Shown here in pieces: positions 1 through 9,609 of a DNA stretch of 64,000 nt. Numbering within the stretch: position 1 is the first letter of the stretch; every line of letters begins with the position of its first letter. The position numbers and the translations under genes are program-made. The stretch spans positions 64,001 through 128,000 of the forward strand of contig CAWIEK010000048.1 of NCBI GenBank assembly GCA_963835065.1. Reading direction: 5' to 3'. The stretch comes from an uncultured Chthonomonadaceae bacterium. Lineage in GTDB: Bacteria; Armatimonadota; Chthonomonadetes; Chthonomonadales; Chthonomonadaceae. A model generated the notes under the pieces. It had not been told where the DNA came from. It saw only the letters and a program-made list of their open reading frames with translations, and searched no databases.

Positions 1-1149
<1,149 letters not shown>

Positions 1150-1183
1150 GAAAAACGCCTCCCCTGAATGCGCGGGTTAAGCT

Positions 1184-1272
1184 GTGGCACGAAAAGGATG
1201 AAGACAAAAAGGACAAGAGAGGATTTCCGTAGTGCTGGGTTGCCTCTGTCGTCCTTGTGTGCCTTCATCCTT
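1184..1272. repeat. Imperfect palindromic repeat element in the rpoB leader
   Basis: aaggatgaagacaaaaaggacaagagagg pairs imperfectly with cctctgtcgtccttgtgtgccttcatcctt. The left arm recurs at about 2407-2441. Confidence 0.65.
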
Positions 1273-1338
1273 ATCTAAAAGGTAAAAATGCCGGTTCGCT
1301 CGGCAAAATGGCCTGCTTGTCCATACGCACGAACAGCT

Positions 1339-1368
1339 AGGATACCACACTTCTATACGCAGTGTCAA
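1339..1368 (-). promoter_or_regulatory. Putative sigma70 promoter for rpoB
   Basis: Minus strand reads TTGACA-18 bp-TATCCT with a TG just upstream of the -10. Confidence 0.5.
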
Positions 1369-1495
1369 GCGGTTTTTGTGCCCGCTCCCGCAAAATTTTC
1401 GGGAACGCCCATAATATAACTATAACATTAGACAACAGAAGGATGTGGAAAGTTGCAGCAGGCTGTTACCGGGCAGGCCATTCTATTGCTGCCCC

Positions 1496-1523
1496 TTGAC
1501 AAATCTACTGAATTTGCTATAAT
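1496..1523 (+). promoter_or_regulatory. Consensus sigma70 promoter for the 1543/1950 gene pair
   Basis: TTGACA-16 bp-TATAAT with an extended -10 TGn. Confidence 0.7.
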
Positions 1524-1542
1524 AGTTCTGTAAGTATGCGTT

Positions 1543-1938
1543 ATGAAGGAGGTCAGAGAAATGTCTGTTTTGGACGTTACCCAACCAATTAAGGAAGCAG
1601 TAAAATCTAAAACTTCTTCGCCTGCTGGATTGCAGGAGGAAAATCACAGGCTGGATTTCGCAGAACAACTGCCTTTGCCGGGCGAACACGTTGGGCCGAC
1701 ACAAACGGAACTGGCGAATTACCATTTTTATCTTGATGCCAAAAAGATAGAGGGCGTACAAGTCAGCGCTTCCGGCGGCGAAACGTGGAACGAAACAACC
1801 ATTGTCGTCACCGTGCCCGATCTACTGAAAAAAGAGGCCGATGAAGTTTTCAGCTTGAAACTGCGTATATACGATGATTTCCCGGGGGCCAGATTGAATG
1901 TACACGTACTGGAAACTGCCCCGGCTATCGGCGCATAG
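1543..1938 (+). CDS. Hypothetical protein, possible degenerate MNT-like partner of the HEPN protein
   Basis: 131 aa ORF (possible start 1561) after a consensus promoter and 11 bp upstream of the HEPN gene. No clear GS or DxD motif. Confidence 0.55.
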   Translation: MKEVREMSVLDVTQPIKEAVKSKTSSPAGLQEENHRLDFAEQLPLPGEHVGPTQTELANYHFYLDAKKIEGVQVSASGGETWNETTIVVTVPDLLKKEADEVFSLKLRIYDDFPGARLNVHVLETAPAIGA

Positions 1939-1949
1939 GAGCGGAATAC

Positions 1950-2369
1950 ATGCCCGCCCCAAGAACAACCAACTCGAAATCCAGAGAGTATTTGCAGGAA
2001 GCCTACGAGAACTATCAACGCTATGAGAAATCTCTTGACCAGCAAGAGTATCTGAATTGGGCGATAGTTTTTCTTTTCTACTCTGCCGTCCATCTGATCA
2101 ATGCGTATGCCATCGCCAAACACCCGAACAAGCAGTTCCACTCACATCAGGAGAGAGATGAGTACGTCAAAGATAATTTAAGAGTCATCTACAATCGTTA
2201 TGATATACTGGAAGGGGCTAGCCGCAACGCCCGTTACGAACTGGTGCGTTATGGCCGAAACAGAGCGCTACAAATACATAACAACGCATTTAACGGCATC
2301 CGCGTTGAGCTGAAAACATTAGGATTTGAATGGGAAGTTGGGGATACCCCGCCGAATACGCAGCCCTGA
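1950..2369 (+). CDS. HEPN-domain-like protein
   Basis: Pattern WAIVFLFYSAVHLINAY...HSHQER...SRNARY is typical of small all-helical HEPN proteins. RBS aggag present. Confidence 0.65.
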   Translation: MPAPRTTNSKSREYLQEAYENYQRYEKSLDQQEYLNWAIVFLFYSAVHLINAYAIAKHPNKQFHSHQERDEYVKDNLRVIYNRYDILEGASRNARYELVRYGRNRALQIHNNAFNGIRVELKTLGFEWEVGDTPPNTQP

Positions 2370-2609
2370 GCGTTTAGCAGGCGCGCTCTTGTACAGAGCG
2401 CGAGTTCACGAAAAGGATGAAGACAGAAAGGACAAGACGGGAGCATAAACCGCTTTCCTGCCTCGTCGGGAAGGCAGGAAACGCCTGCGCATTACACGCA
2501 AAGAGTTTGACAACAGGGCAGGGTAAAAGTTGCAGTTCCCTGCTTGAAAGCAAACTTCTGGAAGCCGATTTCACTTTGCGTCTGAACGCCGCTTTGCCAC
2601 TGTTTGCCG

Positions 2610-3632
2610 TCACTCGCCTTTGTTCGCCGTTACTACGACATAAGGCAGGGGCGGCGGCAGGGTTTGCGCGTGGATGGACAGGAAGTTGGCTTGCGCCAGC
2701 CATTCCGTACACTCTTCGGCGGCAAATACCGCGCCCTCTTCGCTTGTCAGCAGCATTTGCAGGGAAAACAGCGCGGCAAAGGGGGGCTGCGTTTTCGCGG
2801 CGTTCAGCATGATGTCACTGACAATGAGTTTGCCGCCGGGACGAAGTGCTTTATACGCTTTGGCAAACAACCTTTGAATCGTTTGGGGAGACATCTGGTG
2901 CAGAACGCCCGAAAACAAAACGCCGTCGTACTCCGCTTCGCCCCAGTCCGTATCCGTCGCGCTTCCGGCAAGTGTCGCTACGCGGTCACTTAACCCGGCC
3001 AGCGCGATCAATTCCTGCGCGACGGCGGCAACGCCGGGCAAGTCCAGTACGGTCGCGCGCAGTAGGGGGTACTTTTGCGCCAGCAGCATGGCGTAGGTTC
3101 CCGGCCCACCGCCGACATCCAGCAATCGGGTCGCGTCCGCAAAATCCAGAAAGCGCAGGACGCCCCGCGCCACGCCCTGCGCCCGGTTGTGCATGCCCAA
3201 TACAAACTGCCGCGTCTGCGCCGCGTCCCGGCCCAAATGATCGGAAGGCGGCACGGCAGGGGCATCCATTCGCACAGCCTGCGCCAATCTTCCCCATGCC
3301 TCATACTGCCCCGCGCCCCAGCGAATGGCGTTCCCCAGATAGCCGGGACGGTCCGGCACGAGAAACGCGGCAGCGGCAGGCATGTTGGCATACGTCCACT
3401 CCCCGGCTTGTTCCTGCTTGCGCAGCAAGTCCAGCCCAACGCAGGCGTTCAGCAGCATTTCGGTGGAGCGCAGGGACGTTTGCAGCCGGTCTGCAATCTG
3501 CCGCGCGGTCAGGGCGGCATCCGCGAGTATGCCGAAAAGGTTCAGTTCGTTGGCCGCAAGCAGCGTGGCGGAGTTCCAGTAGCCGGTCGCTAACTGCATG
3601 ATGGCGGAAGGGTCGGGACTGTCGTTGGTCAT
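2610..3632 (-). CDS. SAM-dependent O-methyltransferase (Methyltransf_2 with dimerisation domain)
   Basis: LLDVGGGPG motif I, ATVLDLP, VLH, ALRPGGKLIVSD. N-terminal helical dimerisation region. Confidence 0.9.
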   Translation of the reverse strand: MTNDSPDPSAIMQLATGYWNSATLLAANELNLFGILADAALTARQIADRLQTSLRSTEMLLNACVGLDLLRKQEQAGEWTYANMPAAAAFLVPDRPGYLGNAIRWGAGQYEAWGRLAQAVRMDAPAVPPSDHLGRDAAQTRQFVLGMHNRAQGVARGVLRFLDFADATRLLDVGGGPGTYAMLLAQKYPLLRATVLDLPGVAAVAQELIALAGLSDRVATLAGSATDTDWGEAEYDGVLFSGVLHQMSPQTIQRLFAKAYKALRPGGKLIVSDIMLNAAKTQPPFAALFSLQMLLTSEEGAVFAAEECTEWLAQANFLSIHAQTLPPPLPYVVVTANKGE

Positions 3633-3812
3633 GGTGAAATTCAAGGATGAAGGATGAATATTCTTTCTGATTTCCGTCATTGGTGTTGGGTGACAATGTG
3701 AGTTGAAATAGGAAGGCTGAAGTGAAACTTGTTGGGAGAAGAGACACATTCGTAAAGCCGCAGTGTATTGTACACTGCGGCTTTTGCGTTCAAGGCGTGT
3801 TCTGAGATGGGA

Positions 3813-4193
3813 TTAGTAACGGTCGCGTCCGCCACCACCGCCGCCGTAGCCGCCCCGGTCGCGTCCGCCACCGCCACTGCCGCCATAACCACCCCCGCCA
3901 CCATAGCCACCGCCACCGCCACCGCGCGGACGATCTTCGCGGGGCTTGGCCTCGTTGACGGTAAGCGTCCGTCCGCCCATCTGTGTGCCGTTGAGGGCGT
4001 TGATCGCGGCTTGCGCTTCCGCGTCATCTTCCATTTCCACAAAGCCGAAGCCTTTGGCCTGGCCGGTGTAGCGGTCTGTAATCACGGACACTTCTTTAAT
4101 CGCGCCCAGTGGAGTAAACAGGTTCTCCAAATCTTCCTCGGTAGCCGAGTAGGGCAGCCCGCCCACGTAAATACGCTTCGCCATTGGTTCCAA
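3813..4193 (-). CDS. Glycine-rich RRM RNA-binding protein
   Basis: RNP2 IYVGGL, RNP1 KGFGFVEM, LTVNEAKPRE, Gly/Arg-rich tail. Confidence 0.95.
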   Translation of the reverse strand: MEPMAKRIYVGGLPYSATEEDLENLFTPLGAIKEVSVITDRYTGQAKGFGFVEMEDDAEAQAAINALNGTQMGGRTLTVNEAKPREDRPRGGGGGGYGGGGGYGGSGGGGRDRGGYGGGGGGRDRY

Positions 4194-4282
4194 ACTCCTC
4201 TTTCAATACTGCAGCGTAAGTTTTGTGGCTTACGGCTCGCCATCTTCCTTCGACATAGGCCAAAGGGTTGAACTACTATGTC

Positions 4283-4311
4283 AGTATACAGTGACAAACG
4301 CAGGCTGTCAA
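4283..4311 (-). promoter_or_regulatory. Sigma70 promoter for the RRM gene
   Basis: Minus strand reads TTGACA-17 bp-TATACT. Confidence 0.7.
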
Positions 4312-4530
4312 GCGGATTTTCAACCTGTGCTTGCATAACATAGCAGATTCTTTGCGATTACGCGCAGGCGAGGAAGGGTTTTAGGGTTTTAGGGTTCTAT
4401 GGTTTTAGGTTCTTAACTTTGTATTAACATCCGTGTGTCATAATGCCCCTGGCGTCGTCTGCCGCAGTTCTCGTTATGTATCCGTCTGCGATTTCCTGCC
4501 ATCTTTATTTGCTGCCGAAAGGTTTTTGAT

Positions 4531-7524
4531 ATGACCACTTCCTTCCGCTTTTGCCGGGGCGTTTTTTCGACTGGCTGCCTGTCCCTGCTTGCCATCGGAA
4601 CCGCTTTCATGGGAGGCGCGGCGGCAATCAAGGCCCAAAAAGCCGTGCCCTATCTCCATGCTCCTTCTGTCACCACGTATGCCAAACACGATCCCAACGG
4701 CCTGACCATTTTGCCCACCGGACGGTATTTGAAACCCGTCGGAAAACATTTGCCGCTTGCCCGCTGGCCGCATGGCCTGACGCTTTCTCCTGATGGCGAA
4801 ACCGTCTTTGTCGCTAGCGCGGGCGTGGGGCAGTTGATTACGGAATGGCAAAGCGACAAGCCAATTGTGACGCCCATTAGGATGGAAGCGTCAGAAAACA
4901 GCGTACCCGGCAGCCGCAGGCGGCGCACCAACACGGGCGCGGCGGTGTTTTCACCGGACGGCAGAACGCTTTATTGGAGCAGCGGCGAAAGCGGCGAGAT
5001 TTACATTGTGGACGTGTCTGCGCATCAAGTGATCGGCAGTATCGCGCTCAACAGCGAACTGAACGGACGCGCCTGGACCGACAGTTTTGCGATGGACATC
5101 AAACTCAATCAAGCGGGAACGTTTTTGTACTGCGCGGACGTGACCAATTTTCGCGTAGCCGTCGTGGATGTGGCGCAACGCAAAGTTGTCGGCGCTGCCG
5201 GCGTGGGGCGCTACCCTTACGCGCTGGCCGTGCAGGGTTCGCGCGTTTACGTCGCCAACATCGGCATGTTCGCGTACAGCCCGGTTCCGCTCCCCACTTC
5301 CGGCGCGTTCGACAAGCGCGGCCTGACCTTTCCGCCCTTCGGCTTTCCGAGCAAAGAAGCGGCGGAAGGCGTGGAGTTCGAGGGACGTTCGATTCCCGGT
5401 TTGGGCGACCCGAACGCGCCCGAATCGTTTTCCGTGTGGGGCGTAGATGTTTCCACGCCCGCGCAGCCGCGCATTATCAGCCGCGCCAAAACCGGCCTGC
5501 TGATCGGCGCTCCTTCCGACAACGGCAAAACGGTCGGCGGCAGCGCGCCCAACTTCCTTGTCATGGGAGCAAACCCTGAAGCAAACCCTGCATTAAAAGT
5601 AATGCATGGACAACAGGGACAAAACGCGCTCCAACAAGCCGGGATAAGCCAGAACACATCAAAGCAAGCCGCGCCACAACAAAACACGCCAAACCAAAAC
5701 GCGCTGTGGATTTCCAACGGCAACAACGACCTTATTGAGCGGCTTGACCTGCAAACCGGGAAAATCACCCGGCGCATCCCCTTGCGGCCTTCCAAGCTGA
5801 CCGCGAAACTGCGCGGCGTCGGGCCGTCCGGCATGGCCGTTTCGCCGGACGGAAGCCGCCTGTATGTGGCCGAGTCGGGCCTGAACGCGATTGGCGTGAT
5901 TGACGCTCACACCGGCAAGGTCATCGGGCATATTCCCACCGCCTGGTATCCCTATCGCGTCGAAGTTTCCCCGGACGGCAAAAAACTGCTGTGCATCTGT
6001 TTTCGCGGCTTCGGCAACGGACCCAATGCCGGCAAATCCAAACCCGACAGCCCCTATCTTGGCTTGAAAGGCGTTCTCACGGTACTGGATGCGCCGACTG
6101 ACGCGGAACTCGCGCCCATGACCCAAAACACGCTCGCTTACAACGGGATCGCAGACCGCAGCGATGACCGCGCCGACCTGTCAACTCCCCTCATTCCCGC
6201 CGTTCCCGGCAAACCCTCCGCGCAAATCAAGTACGTCGTCTTCATCACCAAAGAAAACCACACTTACGACACCATTTTCGACCACATTCCCGGCGCGAAC
6301 GACGATCCCACGCTTTTACGCTGGGGATTGCATCAGACCATCGCCGCGCCCGGACAAGCCACTCTGCAAGACGCGCCCGTAATGACGAACCACAACGCCC
6401 TTGCGCGGCAGTTTACGGTCAGCGACAACTTTTACATGGAACCGGAAGCGTCGGGCGTGGGGCATCGCTGGCTTGTCGGCGTACAGCCGGACAACTTCTG
6501 CCAGATGCTCTATACATTGGGCTGGAGTTTCAAGGCTGACAGTTCGGCTCCGGGCAGGCGCGCGGCCTTCGGCTCCAATGGCTCCCTCGCCCCCGAAGAT
6601 TACCCGGAAGCCGGTTCGATGTGGGAGCATCTCGCGCATTACCACGTTCCGTTCCGCAATTACGGCGAAGGGTTTGAATTTGCGGGCGTGGAAGAAGGCG
6701 ACAACGAACGCCGCACCGGGGCGCGCGAAGTCATCAACATGCCCATGTCAAAGGTTCTTTACGACAACACCTGCCGCGATTACCCCATTTTTAACATGAA
6801 CATCCCCGACCAGTACCGCGCCCACTGGTTCATGCAGGATTTTACGAGGTTGTTTCTGGAGGGAACAGGGGACAGGGGACAGGGAACAGGGAACAGCAGG
6901 AACCCAATCGGCAATCGGCAATCGTCAATCGTCAATCCTAACACCCCGCATTTCATCAATATCGCCCTTTGCAATGATCACGGCACGGGTCCGAACGCGG
7001 CGAAAGGCTATCCGTATGTGGCATCGTGGATGGCGGACAATGATCTGGCGTTAGGGCGGATTGTGGAATTCTTGTCGCATACGCCGTACTGGAAGCAGAT
7101 GGCGATTTTCGTTACGCAGGACGACGCGGGGGGCGAACCGGATCACATAGACGCGCAGCGCAGCGTCCTGCTGTGCATCAGTCCGTGGGCAAAGCGGGGT
7201 TATGTTTCGCACCGGCATACCACCATCGTCAGTATGCACCGCACCCTGTACGAAATTTTGGGACTGCCGCCCCTGAACATGTTTGACGCGCTTGCCAACG
7301 ACTTTTCGGATTGTTTCACAACGACGCCCGATTTTCGCCCCTATACCTGCCTGGGCGTAGACCCGCGCATTTTCGACCCGGAAAAAGCCAAAGACCCCAG
7401 TGACCCGGAGTACAAAAAGGCAGGCCAAACTGCGTCTATCCTGCGCGACGACCCCGATGACGAGGAAGAGAGAGAAGAAGCCTTGCGCAAAACGCAAAAG
7501 CCGGCCAAGCCTGCGCATCCCTGA
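4531..7524 (+). CDS. Secreted YncE/YVTN beta-propeller plus phosphoesterase (alkaline phosphatase superfamily) protein
   Basis: Signal peptide; SPDG-type propeller repeats; IKYVVFITKENHTYD, VSDNFY, NDLALGRIVEFLSHTPYWKQMAIFVTQDDA, DHIDA. Confidence 0.9.
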   Translation: MTTSFRFCRGVFSTGCLSLLAIGTAFMGGAAAIKAQKAVPYLHAPSVTTYAKHDPNGLTILPTGRYLKPVGKHLPLARWPHGLTLSPDGETVFVASAGVGQLITEWQSDKPIVTPIRMEASENSVPGSRRRRTNTGAAVFSPDGRTLYWSSGESGEIYIVDVSAHQVIGSIALNSELNGRAWTDSFAMDIKLNQAGTFLYCADVTNFRVAVVDVAQRKVVGAAGVGRYPYALAVQGSRVYVANIGMFAYSPVPLPTSGAFDKRGLTFPPFGFPSKEAAEGVEFEGRSIPGLGDPNAPESFSVWGVDVSTPAQPRIISRAKTGLLIGAPSDNGKTVGGSAPNFLVMGANPEANPALKVMHGQQGQNALQQAGISQNTSKQAAPQQNTPNQNALWISNGNNDLIERLDLQTGKITRRIPLRPSKLTAKLRGVGPSGMAVSPDGSRLYVAESGLNAIGVIDAHTGKVIGHIPTAWYPYRVEVSPDGKKLLCICFRGFGNGPNAGKSKPDSPYLGLKGVLTVLDAPTDAELAPMTQNTLAYNGIADRSDDRADLSTPLIPAVPGKPSAQIKYVVFITKENHTYDTIFDHIPGANDDPTLLRWGLHQTIAAPGQATLQDAPVMTNHNALARQFTVSDNFYMEPEASGVGHRWLVGVQPDNFCQMLYTLGWSFKADSSAPGRRAAFGSNGSLAPEDYPEAGSMWEHLAHYHVPFRNYGEGFEFAGVEEGDNERRTGAREVINMPMSKVLYDNTCRDYPIFNMNIPDQYRAHWFMQDFTRLFLEGTGDRGQGTGNSRNPIGNRQSSIVNPNTPHFINIALCNDHGTGPNAAKGYPYVASWMADNDLALGRIVEFLSHTPYWKQMAIFVTQDDAGGEPDHIDAQRSVLLCISPWAKRGYVSHRHTTIVSMHRTLYEILGLPPLNMFDALANDFSDCFTTTPDFRPYTCLGVDPRIFDPEKAKDPSDPEYKKAGQTASILRDDPDDEEEREEALRKTQKPAKPAHP

Positions 7525-7549
7525 CAAACATTGTCTTGCGCAATGTAAG

Positions 7550-7780
7550 TCACTCGTGTGCAGAGGATTTGGAACGCGGCAGGCCGAACTGCTCCCAATT
7601 TTCCAGAAAGCGCATGGCCTGCTGACAGGTTTGGTATGCTTCTATGGCCGCATCGCCGCGTTCGCCCGTAAAGGAAGCCGGCAGGCGTTCCAAGTCGCCG
7701 CGCTCGATGGCTTCGATGTTTTCATGCAGCCAGGTTTTCAGCCTGTCCCATTGTTCTTCTCGCGTCAATGCGTCCGGCAC
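7550..7780 (-). CDS. Hypothetical protein (76 aa)
   Basis: Compact ORF with gaggagg RBS, follows the DUF1990-like gene on the same strand. Confidence 0.55.
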   Translation of the reverse strand: MPDALTREEQWDRLKTWLHENIEAIERGDLERLPASFTGERGDAAIEAYQTCQQAMRFLENWEQFGLPRSKSSAHE

Positions 7781-7875
7781 GTCAGCCTCCTCATTCCAAA
7801 TTCACATTGAGCCGCCGGGTATGGGCGCACAGGCATTGATAACACCGGCAAAATGCGTCCATTCGTAGCGCAATA

Positions 7876-8646
7876 TCACTTTGTTCCACCCGATGATGGC
7901 CCCTGTGATGCCTGCGTTCGCTGCGGCTCAATGTCGCCCCGGTGCGCCAACCCGTCCGGGCCTGCCGTTGGCTTGGAAAGCGGCTTGCGCGCCAGTTCCT
8001 TCAAGCGTCCCGGCGCAAGGTTACGCCACCAGCGGCGATAAAACTGCCCGATGAGCAGAAACCCCATTTTGCTCCACCAATTGGGAAACAGGCCGACGCG
8101 CCAGTGCGCTTCGATTTTGAACCGCACCTCGCCCGTCGCATGGTTTTTTGTCAGCAGAAACCACTCGAACCCGCGCTCGAAATGGCCTTCCAGCGTATCG
8201 TACCGAAAGCCGAAAACGCTTTCCGCTGCGGTATTCTCTTCCCGCGCATCCATCACGCGCGCCCCGCCCAAAAACCGCAGGCCAAGTACCTTGATTTCCA
8301 GCGCGATGTTACGGCCTATCAGCGGCGATTTCGGGTCAAAATGGCCTACCACAATGCGCGGGTCGGAAAAGTCGTAGTTGAGAATGCCCTGCTTGGCGCG
8401 TTCGAACAATCCATCCACAACCGGAGCGCCCGGCGGCTCGAAACCCAACGAAGACTCCGCGCCGTCTACCGTCCACCCGGCCTCCTCCGTGAGATTTTCC
8501 GGCGGCTCGCCATAGTTGGTTTTCCGCTGCGCCAGTTCGGCGATAAAGGTCCGCAAATAGTCTGAAGGCCAACTGGAGCCAAACCGCCACGGAGCCTGCG
8601 CTTCCCGCTTCGCCAAAGCAGGTTCCCGCGTTTTCACTGGTTGCAC
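7876..8646 (-). CDS. DUF1990-like protein
   Basis: FGFRYDTLEGHFERGFEWF motif resembles the DUF1990 GFxYGTLxGHxExGEE pattern. RBS aaggag present. Confidence 0.7.
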   Translation of the reverse strand: MQPVKTREPALAKREAQAPWRFGSSWPSDYLRTFIAELAQRKTNYGEPPENLTEEAGWTVDGAESSLGFEPPGAPVVDGLFERAKQGILNYDFSDPRIVVGHFDPKSPLIGRNIALEIKVLGLRFLGGARVMDAREENTAAESVFGFRYDTLEGHFERGFEWFLLTKNHATGEVRFKIEAHWRVGLFPNWWSKMGFLLIGQFYRRWWRNLAPGRLKELARKPLSKPTAGPDGLAHRGDIEPQRTQASQGPSSGGTK

Positions 8647-8822
8647 CGCCGTTCTCCTTATCTCTATCTATACGCCCCATCCGTTCCCTGCTGAGTTCAT
8701 CCCAAAACGCTTGTGCAGGATGCGTGTTTGCACACCTGCATATCTATGCCAACCAATCCCCAATCACCAGCCACCCTTTCGCCGTATGACAGCAATTGTT
8801 CGCGCGTTGTTCCGGCAAAGGA

Positions 8823-8911
8823 GGGAGGGTGTCGGGTGTCGGGCGTTGGGTATTAGGAGAGCCGATTTTCCTAACACCCGATACCCAATACCCGACACCC
8901 GACACCCTCCC
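8823..8911. repeat. Palindrome built from GGGTGTC/GACACCC heptamers
   Basis: gggagggtgtcgggtgtcggg...tattagg pairs with cctaacacccgatacccaatacccgacacccgacaccctccc. Confidence 0.85.
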
Positions 8912-8983
8912 CCGGAACTTATCCGCCGCTGCCTGCGTGTATCGTCAGCAAGCGGGGACTAACCACAGGGGAGGCGGGACACT

Positions 8984-9472
8984 ATGGATAAATGGGCGGG
9001 GCGATTGCTGCGCGGTGCGGTTGCGGGACTGGCGGCAAGCACGGTGCAGGTGATTATTGGGAAATTAGAGGAGAAATTGCTGCCGCTGCCTCCTCACGAA
9101 GATGCGGACATTGCGCCGCGTCTGGTCGGGAAGGTTGCGGAAAATGTCGGCATTGAAACCACCAAAGCCACGCGCTGGACATTGGGAACCCTGTTTCACT
9201 TTGGCTATGGCGCGTTATGGGGCATGGGCTATGCCGCCACTGTGGAAAAAATCAGCGAGAAAAGGCCGGTAGACCCGCTGTTGGGCGGAACGCTCTTAGG
9301 CACATTGATTTACGTTATCACATTCCCGAACTGGGGCGGAGCCGTAAAAACGCGCACGGAACGCCCGCCCGAACAGCGCAGTCCGGGCTATCAGCTCATC
9401 ACATGGTCGGTAGCCCTCACGTATGGCATCGCAACCGGGCTGTTTTATGGCCGCCCGCGTTCGCGTTCCTAA
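8984..9472 (+). CDS. Small membrane protein (DUF1440-like)
   Basis: GAVAGLAAS, HFGYGALWGMGY and several hydrophobic helices. Confidence 0.7.
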   Translation: MDKWAGRLLRGAVAGLAASTVQVIIGKLEEKLLPLPPHEDADIAPRLVGKVAENVGIETTKATRWTLGTLFHFGYGALWGMGYAATVEKISEKRPVDPLLGGTLLGTLIYVITFPNWGGAVKTRTERPPEQRSPGYQLITWSVALTYGIATGLFYGRPRSRS

Positions 9473-9609
9473 TGGGGTATTTGCCGGGAAGCATGGAAGT
9501 TCTTGGAATTGTCTGCGGAAACCAACATTAGTTTTGAGCGTATAAACTTCATACACCTACAATGTTCTACCTCTTATGCGGCGAACAAGAGTTTTGGGTA
9601 TGTATGCGA

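Noticed and set aside
3768..4271. Long antisense or alternative-frame ORFs (this one, and others such as 16287..17363, 36779..37807, 48401..49624)
   Set aside because: Shadow ORFs of real genes, expected in GC-rich DNA.
4374..4410. TTTTAGGG telomere-like repeats
   Set aside because: Only about four degenerate copies in a bacterial intergenic region; fits the general short-repeat family.
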